Notes under the pieces: model-generated | The model's database searches: none | What the model saw: only the letters and a program-made list of their open reading frames with translations | Told to the model about the DNA's origin: nothing | Shown here: piece after piece, positions 26,201-37,800 of the stretch | Position numbering within the stretch: the stretch's first letter is position 1 | Layout of the letters: each line of letters starts with the position of its first letter | DNA from: Orbicella franksi | Taxonomy: Eukaryota | Length of the DNA stretch: 64,000 bases | Direction: 5' to 3' | Assembly (NCBI GenBank): GCA_964199315.1 | Contig: OZ116702.1 | Span: forward strand, 20,894,001-20,958,000 | Translations under genes and position numbers: made by a program

Positions 26201-26620
26201 ATAAAGCGGCTAAAATAATTTTAGATCGACCGCTGTATTCATCTGCGTCGCACGCATTAGCGACTCTGAAGTGGACACCATTAGAGAAAAGGCGTTTCCA
26301 GCGAAGATGTGTGCTTGTATACAAATGTCTAAATGGATTTATAAATCACGAATTGACTTTAGTAACACAACAACATCAGCATAATTATAACACCAGACAT
26401 AAAGTCAATCTTAGACTCCCCTGCGTTAGAACGAATTGCGGAAAACAAAGAACTGCCTATCACGCTGTTAAATATTTTTAAGAGACAGGTTTTTAATTTT
26501 TTAACTTAAGTGTTTTATAAATTTCATATTTTTAGTTCTATTAATTAGTATTAATCTTTGAGGTCCTTTTCGAAAACCACATGTATGTGAAAAAGTTTCC
26601 TCAATAAAGATTATTATTAA
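23300..26620 (+). mobile_element. CR1/L2-clade LINE, near full-length ORF2 (APE endonuclease + RT), inactivated
   Basis: AHLNIRSL, LSETWL, GGVAMY, YRAP, LGDLN, LSDH, NYRPIS, FLDLTKAFDTVDH, GVPQGSILGP and YADDT. Frameshift near 24275 and stop at 25804. Ends with AATAAAG(ATT)n near 26605-26620. Confidence 0.93.
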
Positions 26621-27117
26621 ACGAATTTTCTTTATCCTTTCTTTTATTCGGTCACCTTTCATTGAGAAGGGATTTGCTGTTGATACTCAGATGTAGTGAT
26701 ATGCATCTTGTGCTTATAATGTAGATTTCCTCGTTCTATTTTGTTCTCTGTCCAATTAGTTCGGTTTGGTGAAATGCTTATATAGTCGAAATGTCGAGTA
26801 GACGATTATGCATGTAAATCCTGTCTACAAATAAAGCTCTACTTTGATTTTGATTTGCTATTTCATTTTATTTGTGACATTGCTTTTGGTTGAGGGTACA
26901 TGGACCCTATTTTCTTAACGAGAGGTTATTCCCCAATGTGGTATTTACACTTAATAGGGAAATGTTCCTAAAAAGTGAGATTACTAATTAACAAAGAAAT
27001 GCAAAAAGCTCTACTTGGTAAATTGAACAGTGTAATAGTAGAAGTTCTTGCCCTGACCATTTCTCGGTAATAAAAATAACTTTTACATACATATACACAC
27101 AGTTTAGTTGGTAAGAG

Positions 27118-27160
27118 CGCTCTCCTCTCTCCACTCTCTCTCTCTCTCTGCTCTCTTCTT
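27118..27160. repeat. Imperfect (CT)n microsatellite
   Basis: CTCTCCTCTCTCCACTCTCTCTCTCTCTCTGCTCTCTTCTT. Confidence 0.8.
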
Positions 27161-28454
27161 CACATAATTTTTTTTATTAACTAACTTATTAACCGAATGT
27201 CACTGACTGTTTTCTTTCTAGTGCATGCATACTTTTTTGCCCGTCGAAGAAAGTTTCAGTTTCTTCCTGGCTGTACAGTTTCCTTTGTCCTGTCCTGTAC
27301 CAATTCGTTTGTGATATAACTTTGTGAATTCTCTATTCTCCTTAAATATTATCTCGTCAGGGCGATAGAATGCACCCTCAGACTGTTCAATCATTGTCTT
27401 CAGTTGCTACAATTTTCCGGAAAAAAGCAATAGTTTTCTTAATTTCCTTTTACTTTGTGTTAGGACTTTTTAGCATGCCTGTAATTGGCCCATGGGCATT
27501 ACGGGAGAATAATTTTCAAGTAAAGAATTAGATTCACGTTAGTGTTAAGTATTTTAAATTATTATGAATTAGGCATTTATTTTTATTTTTTATTTTTTAT
27601 TTTAGTCGCACGTGATGTTTCATGATTTTACCGAGGTATACCATGTAAATGTAAATAATGCACTAGAATTGGCAAATCAGAGTGTGCCTTGTATCGGCTT
27701 TAAACACAAACCATATATAATAAATGTATGTAAATGATATTCTTATTACAGAGAACTGGACAGGGCAAGAACTTCTCCTTCTTTTGTAGATTTATTTAAC
27801 TTTTTCTCCGCTCGTGAGCGGGCGCAATTCAACAAATCCTGTAATCTGAATGGTTCCTGGAGCGGGCGGAATTTTCTCATCCAGACCGCCACAGCAGGCG
27901 GAATCCGTCAAGTTGATCTATTTTCGTGAATGAATTAGCGGTAATCGTCATCGTCACTTCCATAGACGATTAATCAACGCAAGTTTATCTCTATTCACCT
28001 TTAAATGGCAAGGAAAGTCACTGTAAGTAAATTCAATTGAGTTTTTTGAAGTTGTGAGAGTTTGTTTGGCTGTTTGCAGCTCGGCGCTGTAATGGCGCGT
28101 AATCCTCTGTCTCTCTCTGTACAATTTTAAGTAAAAAATAAGTCATTTTCACAGTTCAGTCGAGTTTACCTCTCCGATCGTTGCCGTATTTGAGAGAATT
28201 TCTGTGGAATACACTTCACGAATTTCCTCGCTATCTGCCACTCAACTTACGGTAGAAAAGTCTGATTTTGAGTGATTCACAACGACTGACAGAAATTGTT
28301 TTTGTAGTAGAATTTCAAACTTTGCACGAAATTTCACACCGGAAAAATACTTGTAGAGCGGAGTTTAGACAACGGCGAATTTTGCAGCAAACGCATTCTA
28401 CAGATATAGAAAGAATTTCGCAATAAACCTACTTAGTATATTACAAAATTCACT

Positions 28455-29362
28455 TTTAGCCACAAACTAACTGCTAAATGGGTTGCATATAACATAGAGT
28501 ACTCTCAACTTAGCAGTAAATTAACGGCTAAATTTTTTGCATATAATATGCAAAACTCTTGATTTAGCAGTATATTAACTGCTAAATTTTTTCTATACAA
28601 TATGCAAAACTCGCGATTTAGCCGTAAATTAACGGCTAAATTTGTTGCATATAATATAGAGTACTCTCAACTTAGCAGTATATTAACGGCTTAATTTGTT
28701 GTACAAAATATACAGGGCTCTCGATTTAGCAGTAAATTAACGGCTAAATTTGTTTCCACATAATATGCAGAACACTCGATTTAGCCACAAATTAACGGCT
28801 AAATTTTTTGTACTATAATATGCAAAACTCGCGATTTAGCCGTAAATTAATGGCTGAATTTGTTCCACATATATGCAGTGCTCTCGATTTAGCCGCAAAT
28901 AAACGGCTAAATTTGTCACATAATATGCAGTGCTCTCGATTTAGCCACAAATTAACGGCTAAATTTTTTCTACATAATATGCAAAACTCGCGATTTAGCC
29001 GTAAATTAATGGCTAAATTCGTTCCATATATATACAGTGCTATCGATTTAGCCGCAAATTAGCGGCTAAATTTGTTGCATACAATATTCAGGGCTCTCGA
29101 TTTAGCGGTAAAGTATTGGTAAACTTGTATAACATGTAACGTTTCCAATTTAGCCTTAAATCGACGGCTAAATTTGTTGCATAAATTACAGGGCTCTTGA
29201 TTTAGCGGTAAAGTAATGGCTAAAATTGTATAAAATGTAAGGTTTTCAATTTAGCCTTAAATCGACGGCTAAATTTGTTCCATACAATAAACATGGCCCT
29301 CGATTTTGTAGTAAATTAACGGCTAAAATATTCTCGATTTAGCAGTAAATTACAGCGAAATT
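28455..29362. repeat. Tandem array of about 18 units of ~54 bp, each with a 26-bp palindrome ATTTAGCCGT-AAATTA-ACGGCTAAAT
   Basis: Palindromes start near 28455, 28509, 28562, 28616, 28670, 28724, 28779, 28834, 28887, 28939, 28993, 29046, 29100, 29148, 29200, 29249, 29303 and 29337. Confidence 0.92.
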
Positions 29363-29619
29363 TGAAAATTTAAGTGAGCTGTGAATCCCATGTACAGAAT
29401 TTTTTTAAACTTTGCAAAAATTTCAATGTTAAAAGATGCGTTTCATCGTGCTGTTTGTATTATAACCACTTAAAAGCTAATAGTAATGGTGTTTGTAGCA
29501 GAACATACCTATTGGTTTACGAAAATGATATCAACGTGTTCTTCAATAATGGGATAATTTTTTTGAAAAAGAACTGAAAAGAGCTAAGATATAGGGTGTT
29601 ATGATACAAAAGACTTTTG

Positions 29620-30095
29620 TTTTGATCCCGTCGAGGGGAATCCTAACAGAGAACTCATTTGAGTTCAGTGGAAAAAATTATCTCCAAACCCATGGTGTCG
29701 CAATGGGCACAAAGACAGCAGTGTCTCGAAGAACGCGGGTATCCGAGGAAATATATAGAAAGGTCCCTGTCAGAGGTCATCTTTGACTCCAGACAATCGG
29801 CTCTTAAACCACGAAAACAAAAAACGGCAGAGAGACTATTGCCTTTTGTCACTACATACCACCCTGCAGTAAAGAAACTTAACAAAATCGTGATGGAAAA
29901 CTGGAGTTCCATAGAAAATCAGCCTCTGCTGAAAACAATTTTTAAAAAGCCTCCCATCATATCTTACAAAAGAGGTAAGTCTCTAAAAGACATGCTTGTA
30001 AGAGCAAAACTATAATCTGAAGGCTTTTGATAATGCGACGCAACCACAAAAACCACATTGGGAGTCCGTGCAGGCCTGTCTCTGTTTTTTCCTGT
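29620..30095 (+). mobile_element. Penelope-like element: internally deleted RT/thumb fragment and 3' end
   Basis: LTENSFEFSGKNYLQTHGVAMGTK, then RGYP..I, LPFVTTYHP and PPIISYKRGKSLKDMLVRAKL*. Confidence 0.85.
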
Positions 30096-30534
30096 CTAGT
30101 TTGAAATTTTCCAGATAGGCCCCGTCCCTCGTGGAACCATTCTAGCGTGCATAATCAGTTTATGCACACAATATACAAATGTTACGAGCACGTTTCAAAG
30201 CTAATAAAAGGCTTTCAGCCTTTTCCCTTACTAAGGGAATTCCAACAATGAGCGGATTGTCGTCCAAAACATTTGTATGCGTTCTACTAGCCGTTTAGGC
30301 GAATTATACAGTAAAAAAACGCCTTCTAACAAACACAAGCTCAATTTTACGACCATCTGGATCGAAAATGCTGACACCCGATTGGCTGATATACCTTCTA
30401 TAAAGGGCCAATAGGAGCAATGCAAACTCGATCGTAAACCGCAAAAATCAGATCTTTTTCAGTTTAACGGGAACGGAATTGAGAAAACATCTCTACCTTT
30501 CCCTCAAGCAACTTGCAACACTCTCTGTCTTCAA

Positions 30535-30578
30535 ACAACAGCTGACTCAGAAAGAGTCGAAACCGCCGGTCCTGTTGT
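30535..30578 (+). ncRNA. Type I hammerhead-ribozyme-like motif with a truncated core, in a Penelope 5' region
   Basis: Stem I ACAACAG/CUGUUGU; core CUGA; stem II GACUC-AGAAA-GAGUC, which shares its GA with the core; then GAAA, short stem III ACC-GCC-GGU and a GUC cleavage triplet (C30571). About 5 nt of the CUGANGA core are missing. Confidence 0.6.
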
Positions 30579-30603
30579 AGCCACTGTAACTGTTGCAGCA
30601 ACA

Positions 30604-31125
30604 ATGTGCGATGACTCAAACACGCAATACCTCCATCCCAGTAATGGTGAAGAGGAACTAGATACAGATAATATCATCACGCCACCGAAAACGCCAGACT
30701 ACCGTCCAAATGAGGACGATGACGAAATGCTTAACACCGATGAAGAAAATGATTCGGGGAACAACCCACCGCCATCACAACCAGGACCAACCCAGAGCCC
30801 GCCAAGGGGACGCAGGGAAAACCACCTGCCAACGAGCAACAGGCCTGACAGCCCGCCAAAATCCAACTTGCCGAAGCGAGGCCAAAAAAGAAAATACACA
30901 GACCACAGAACTGTGGAGAACAAAATAGCAAAGACTGAAAACTCAATAAAACTATTAGAGGAACACCTAACAAATCGGACTTGTCCGAAATCTTTGCGAT
31001 ACACGGCGAAACTAAATATTACGCCGGATAACATATTTTAAAAAGAAATCAAGGACATCAAGCTAGATGCTGAACAAAGTCTAGTAGATGCCTTAACTCG
31101 CTTCCACAAACGTAAGCTCGACGGA
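30604..31125 (+). pseudogene. N-terminal part of a Penelope-like ORF, truncated
   Basis: Acidic/Pro-rich leader, then HLTNRTCPKSLRYTAKLNITPD..*KEIKDIKLDAEQSLVDALTRFH. Lies directly downstream of the hammerhead-like motif and the PLE 3' fragment. Confidence 0.6.
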
Positions 31126-31443
31126 GAAAAAAAATTTTGATATATATAGAGAAAATTTAATGCAAATTTTTTATTTATATATATACCCCTTGTAGAGAAC
31201 TTAGATGGTGACCTAAATGCAACTAACATGAAGTAGTTCGGTATAAATTTGTTCTTTAATACGTCTTTCTTTGTCTAGTATCTGAGTTACTCGCTCGTTC
31301 GCTCATTAGATTTTTTACCAATGGTTTGAGACTGTAAACGGCGCGTAAACTAATTCAGTGACAAAGCTTCGTAAACAAACCCACTTGTAAGCTAATTTAC
31401 CACAAGAAAAAAAGATAAACATGTTACTGTCCGGCTTAGGGTC

Positions 31444-31518
31444 GGTCCGTATAGTGAAAAACTGTGACCTCGGGCAGCATTTTCAAGACCTTGGTCACAG
31501 TTTTCCCCTATACGGACC
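31444..31518. repeat. Hairpin core of a small MITE-like repeat
   Basis: GGTCCGTATAGTGAAAAACTGTGACCTCGG is inverted to CCTTGGTCACAGTTTTCCCCTATACGGACC (26/30). Confidence 0.7.
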
Positions 31519-32380
31519 TCCCCCGGAGCCGGCCAATAACATACATATATTAATTCCTCTCAGTGCTGTCAAAATGTCTCAGGAACCTTCATTTTTGATA
31601 ATCCATTATTTTCCACCACGCCTACAGCACAGAAGCTCACCATGTAATAACTAACATGTGTGTATCTCTAGCCTTTGCTGTGTACTACATGTATATTCTG
31701 TTATCCTGCCTTAACTGCTAGAAACAATTTTGACAGAGCTGTTTCAACAGTTTCACGTAAGTTGATTTCCAGTAACAGCACTACATGTAGTAGTGTTATT
31801 GAGTATGAACTTTATGGAGGATTTTAAATTTTTATTTTTTTGTGATTACAGACGACAACAAATATACATGTGTATACATAACCTGATGTTGGTGTTGGCT
31901 GCGACTCATCACCTAATGTGGAAGTCCTTTCTTCAAGTGAGGGAAAATGACACAAAAGAGTTACAATAAAAGTAAAAAAGAATTGTGAATGTTGATATGG
32001 TGTACATTGTACATCATGTAAAGATATTTGGTGAGTGCCAAAGGCATAACATTTCATGTATTGCTTTTTCAGGACAAGTTATATAACAGTGACATTTTAA
32101 AAGGTGTGATCAGAAAAATAATGAGTATATTGTCCAGGCAGTACCAGTTTATGGACGGCATATGCAGACAGTAAGAAGAACTGTAAGCATTACCACGTAA
32201 GTTAGTTTTATGCTTATGACTTCTTGTACTTGGATTTTGTGTCGTTTCATCACAAGAATAGGTAATGAAAGATACAATAGTTGTTACAATATTTTTTTTG
32301 AAGGAAAACTTATAAGTCTGCCTATGGTGGATAACAGCCATGTGTAAACTGAATGTGAAGCAAACACACTGTTAAAGATG

Positions 32381-33685
32381 GGGCAACCCTAAAACCCAGT
32401 AAACCGGAATCCGGAATCCGGAACCAAAAACCGGAATCCAGAAACCAGAAACTGGAATCTGCAAATCAAAGAAAACAAGTTCTTCAAATATGCGAAAATT
32501 GTTTTGCTTAGCTTTTCGCCTGTAAAAAATAAGCTGCCAAGTAAAAAGGACCTCAAACTTAACCTTTTTTGAAACAAAAATTCCCCATCTGTTGAAATCG
32601 TGCAACCGTTATTTCTAGTGAGGGCTATGATTACTACAATCTCAGTAAGGTGCGTCTTAATTTTATTCCTAGCACCCTGAGAGCGTCTAAAATAAGCTTG
32701 CTGGTAATTGCCATTTTGTTTAATAAGTGATCTTCAATTTACTGGAGGTATAAATTTATCCTTTATGCTTAGTAGATACAGAACAAGATAGAAAATGTCA
32801 TAGAGAACAGGATGTCCGTCAGTGGCAGCCCCTGTACATTGACGGTCACGCCCCCCACTTTCGAAGTCCAAAGGCTAACCTGGCTGGTCTAAATATGAAA
32901 TTTGATTTTTCCAACAGATACGAGACCAATTCCAGATCAACACAATTTCCACACTGATACTGTGACAAATCAGCATTTCATATTCTTGGCGGCCATCATA
33001 TTAAGACAATTTGTAGAAATGTTGCACACTTACTTCTGTCTGCTTCTCGCTTGCAGATCAGACCACATGTTGTTAAAAGATGCTAAAAGACTGCCAGAAA
33101 CTCACCACAATAGCTTGTTGTTATTGGGCTGCTCACCAGTCTTCTCAGAGCAATTTGATCTAGACAAGAACCGGGCTCTCACCAGGGCCAGGTTGAACAA
33201 AAGATGGTGTTTGGGCCGGGGGCATGAGCGGCAAAGCCGCATGAAGGCACTTGGTCACATACCAATGCAGAAAAACACTAGACACCTATTTAGCCCGCTC
33301 AGAAACTAGAGACAGATACTAGAGCCTGCTCACAGGCTATGAGTAACTCTATCCAGCCGAAAAATCACTAACCCTGACTGGATAGTGATTTACCCAATGG
33401 ATATCTTTATCCAGCTTTTGAACAACCGGGCCAGATGTATAGCTAAGGGTTGTTCAGAACTAGTCAATAATTTTTTAGCAACTACAGTTTGTGGCTGAAG
33501 TAAAGCCAAGAAAATAAATAACAACAAAATAATTTTTGCTCATATTTATTTATTAGACATTGTTGAAGCGAATTATTTCTATCATCATTCATAATATCTG
33601 GATTCCGGATTCTGGTTTCCGGTTCCGGATTCCGGATTCCGGATTCTGGATTTCGGTTTCCGGATTCAGTGTTTTAGGGTTGCCC
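32381..33685. mobile_element. 1.3-kb non-autonomous TIR element with GGGCAACCCTAAAAC termini and subterminal (CCGGAAT)n arrays
   Basis: The left end at 32381 and the right end GTTTTAGGGTTGCCC at 33671-33685 are exact 15-bp inverted repeats. Heptamer arrays at 32404-32460 and 33598-33667 face in opposite directions. Possible TSD AGATG. Confidence 0.8.
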
Positions 33686-34828
33686 TAGATGATGTATGTG
33701 CATGTTAATCTTGAATAATCTGAAACTTCAGAGAGTTTAAAAATATCATATTATATCTGTGATGGTTCTGAGGTGGAGGGCTGTTACATGTACCTGCAAA
33801 TGTGTCATGCACAATTTTTCACTTGTTATGATTCAGGTGCCAATAGTTTCTGTATCTGTTGGTGTGCAACAATCTACACCAATATTTCAACTTAATAATG
33901 TACAGTGTATATCAATTAACCAAATTATGCTGTTTTTAGTTGACCAATGCTACTACATAGTAATGTGATGTTGAAGTGCACGAATTTACAAACATGCCCA
34001 GTGTCAACTTGTCAAATATATGAACTGACCATACAGTCTAGATTACAAAATTTTCTGACAGGTAAGATGTTTCTTAAACATTATTTTGTAATTAATGATT
34101 TCTCAGACATTGTTTTCTTCAAGAAAAGATTCATACCTCACATGGAGGTTTTTTCTCTATTAGAGCTCTCTCTTCCCGATACTTTAATTTGGAATTTCTT
34201 AAGACTGGCCACGAATGGGTGTTGGGTGTGAATATCTTCTGGAACTACACATTCAGTAAGCAAGAACATCAGTATTTATCCGGACAAACTCTGATTTTCT
34301 TTTGGAAGCTGAACTCATATACAGTTGTACAGTTATATGTACAGCCAAACAGCCTAGATGGCCCTTTGATTGGGACTGTGCACATTGTTGTAACTTGCAG
34401 TGTTCCAGTTCCTTGTTTGAAGAAAATTGCATTTGCTCTCGAAAGCAAGTCGCCAAGTTCATAACAGTTATATAAGTTTGCTTTGCATCTCAGGGCAGAG
34501 CCTGCCACTGTGAAAGTTGGAGTACCAATCCGTAGCATTTGATTCACTACTGACACTCAGTAAACAACTAACAATGGAGTACACTGTATATTAAAGAAAG
34601 GAATTACATGCCTGTTCCTGTCAGTCAATATATGAACAGTTACACATGGGCAGCCTGTATTAAAACATCAAAGATTTTCAAAGCAATCATGGCCTGGTGA
34701 GATATTTCTGAGGAAATATAAATTTAAGGTCGTTACGATTGCTTATAGGCATTGATTTTTATTGTAAGCAATATCTTACTGAGTGTATTTTTCTTGTGTA
34801 CTAATTGTTGTAGAACACAGAGATCACT

Positions 34829-37800
34829 TGTTGTAATATTAACTTGTGGGTACCCCTCTGTGGAGTCCCTTACGTTTTCGTGGGCCGCCCCACATCTCGC
34901 GAACATGTGAGTTGGCTTATGTCGGACATTGTGTTGACAGTGTTTAACGTTGCGTTGAGTATTTGAGCCTTATCTAAAGCTATCTTACAACATGGTGTCA
35001 GAAATGAAAACCTTTTAGAGATTGCAAGGAGTTTATCAGGGCTTGGCTGAGTTACAAACCGCGATGGCTGAGCGAGATACGAGAACTCCAGGTCCTTTGG
35101 TGCTCGATGCAAACGCAGCGGACAACTGGAGAAAGTTTTTAATGCAGTTTGAAATTTATCTTGTGGCGAAAAGCAAAGATGACAAACCGGACAAATTGAA
35201 GGTAAACATGTTACTTCACTGTGCTGGACCCGAAGCGATTGAAGAATATAGTCATTTTGTTTACAATGCTGGAGAAGACAAAGAATGTTATGCGGATGTT
35301 TGCAGCAAATTTAAGGCACTCTGTGAGGGAGCAAGGAATGTCATTTATGAGAGGTTAGTGTTTAATAAGCGTAACCAGAAAGAGGGAGAGCGAGTTGATA
35401 ACTTTGTCAGCGAACTGAAACGGTTGTCGCTAACATGTGAATTCGGCGAACTGCGAGATTCGCTAATAAGAGATCGAATTGTGGGAGGTGTATTATCTGA
35501 TGAGCTAAGAGGGGAACTGCTAAAGAAACCTGATCTAACCCTACAGAAGGCTCATGATTATTGTCGTACCTTTGAAGCCTCAGAATTACAAAAGTTCAAG
35601 TTCAACATTCAAGCGAGTGCTGGAACTGAGCATTCATTAGGAATTCAGCCTGTTAGAAAGTCAAAAGAAGCTGACAAGACAGCTGCTCGTTCTTGTAAGT
35701 TTTGTGGTTACAAGCACCCATTTACTCGACCATCTCGTTGTCCCGCATTTGGAAAACAGTGCTTAAAGTGTAAGAAAGAAGGTCATTTTGCCCAAGTGTG
35801 CCCAGGGAATGTAAAAGAAGGTTCAAAAGTTGATTTAGTGCAACAAGAAAGTCCACCAGACCTAGACACTCAGAATATGAATAAGGAGGCACATACCTAT
35901 TTTGGATCTATTGAACTGGACAGTGTTTCCGATTCCAGGAAATCAACAAAGAGCCTTATCACTCTTAAGATTGAAGGGCAGAATGTTGAAGTAAAAGCAG
36001 ACACAGGTGCAGAGGCCACCGTCATACCCTTTCATCTGTATAAGAAAATCTCCAAAAAACCTCTCCAAAAGATTCAGCAACCCTTGAAAGGCTGGCTTGC
36101 AACTAAGCCCATTCATCCAAGAGGCTGTGTACGCCTTCAAACTCAATACAAGAATCGTCAAATGAACCTGTTGTACCTTGTTGTTGACGGGAACTTTACA
36201 CCCTTATTGGAATGTGATGCCTGCTTGGATTTAGAAGTCCTTCAGTTTATGAATCTCCAACTGATAGATACACCAGTACCTAATCCAGCCATGCCGGATA
36301 CGCCAAGAGCACGTGGAGACCAGACCATCTTCCAGAAGGACCCAATATTGAGGGAGTACCCAGATTGTTTCAGTGACAAACCCGGCACACTTCCAAACAA
36401 AGTACATCTGGAAGTTGATGCTTCAGTACCCCCAGTTGTTCACCCTCCCAGGAAAATTCCAGTTGCTATGTTGGAGCCAGTACGAGAGAAACTCAAAGAG
36501 ATGGAAGAAGATGGTATTATCGTGAAAGAGGATGAGCCTACGTCGTGGGTCTCATCAATGCTAGTTATTGACAAAAGAAAGGTGAAGGATAAAAGAAAGG
36601 ACACTCCACTGTCAAAGGATGATGTCAGAATTTGTATTGACCCAAGAGATCTTAACAAGGCCCTGAAAAGACCCCATTATCCAATGGTTACCGTAGAAGA
36701 AGTTGCAAACCGACTTTCAGGTGCAAAGAGTTTCACATCACTTGATGCATGCAGTGGATACTGGCAACTCCCCGTAGATGAGGAGAGTTCCAAGCTCTTG
36801 ACTTTTAACACACCGTGGGGGCGATACCGATTTACAAGACTCCCTTTTGGTGTCTCACCAGCCCCTGAAATCTACCAAAGGGAGATGGACAGACTGTTTG
36901 AAGGGGTTCCTGTTGAAATCATAGTGGATGATTTCCTGATACATGGTAAAGATCAGCTTGAAGTTGATGACAAATTGAGAAGAGTATTTGACAAGAGCAG
37001 GGAGGTAGAATTGAACTTCAACCCTAAAAAGGTGAAGCTTAGAGTCATCTCAGACTGTCTTAGCAGAGCACCTCTCAGTGATACGGAGCCAGTCAGTGAA
37101 CCAGAAGATGTAATTGGAATCAATCTTATTGAGGAGCTCGGATTTGAAAGCAGCACACTGAAGAGATTTAAGGAGACCTCCAGCATTGACGAAACCTCGA
37201 GAGTAGTGATGGAGTATGTCTTGAAAGGGTGGCCGTCTGAGAAAGAACAGGTTGATGAGCTTGCTAGAGAGTACTGGAGTTTTAAGGAAGAGCTGAGTGT
37301 GGAGGATGGATTGCTGTTTAAATCAGACCGAATAGTCGTCCCAAGACCACTGAGGGCTGAGGTGCTGGATGAAATCCATGGAGCTCATATGGGAGAAAGT
37401 AAGAGCCTTAGCTTTGCCAGAGATTACGTCTTCTGGCCCTCAATGACAGCCCAGATCAAAGACAAAGTCAGCTCCTGTTCAATTTGTAATGCCTTCCGCA
37501 ACCGACAACAAAGAGAGTCATTGCATCCACATGACATCCCTGGTTTACCTTGGCAGGTAGTCGGGACTGACTTGTTTGAATATGGAGGCCAAACATACTT
37601 GTTGGTCACTGACTTCTATTCAAAATACTTTGAAATTGAATTACTGCGTCAGAACACTGCCACCTGTGTCATTAACAACCTGAAGAAAATATTTGCAAGG
37701 TTTGGAGTCCCGGATAAGGTTGTGAGCGATAATGGTTCCCAATACAGCAATACCAGGAATCTATTCGACAGCACTCATGAGTTCAAGCAATTTGCTGAAG

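Noticed and set aside
28455-29362. CRISPR array
   Set aside because: The linkers are homologous to each other rather than unique spacers, the repeats are degenerate, no cas genes are present and the context is eukaryotic. Kept as a palindromic tandem repeat.
30604-31041. Host acidic/Pro-rich protein
   Set aside because: Context (PLE 3' end, hammerhead-like motif, truncation) and the CPKSLRY motif point to a Penelope-like N-terminus.
32902-33309. 135-aa ORF as a captured gene in the TIR element
   Set aside because: TTG start, no recognisable domain and no splice support.
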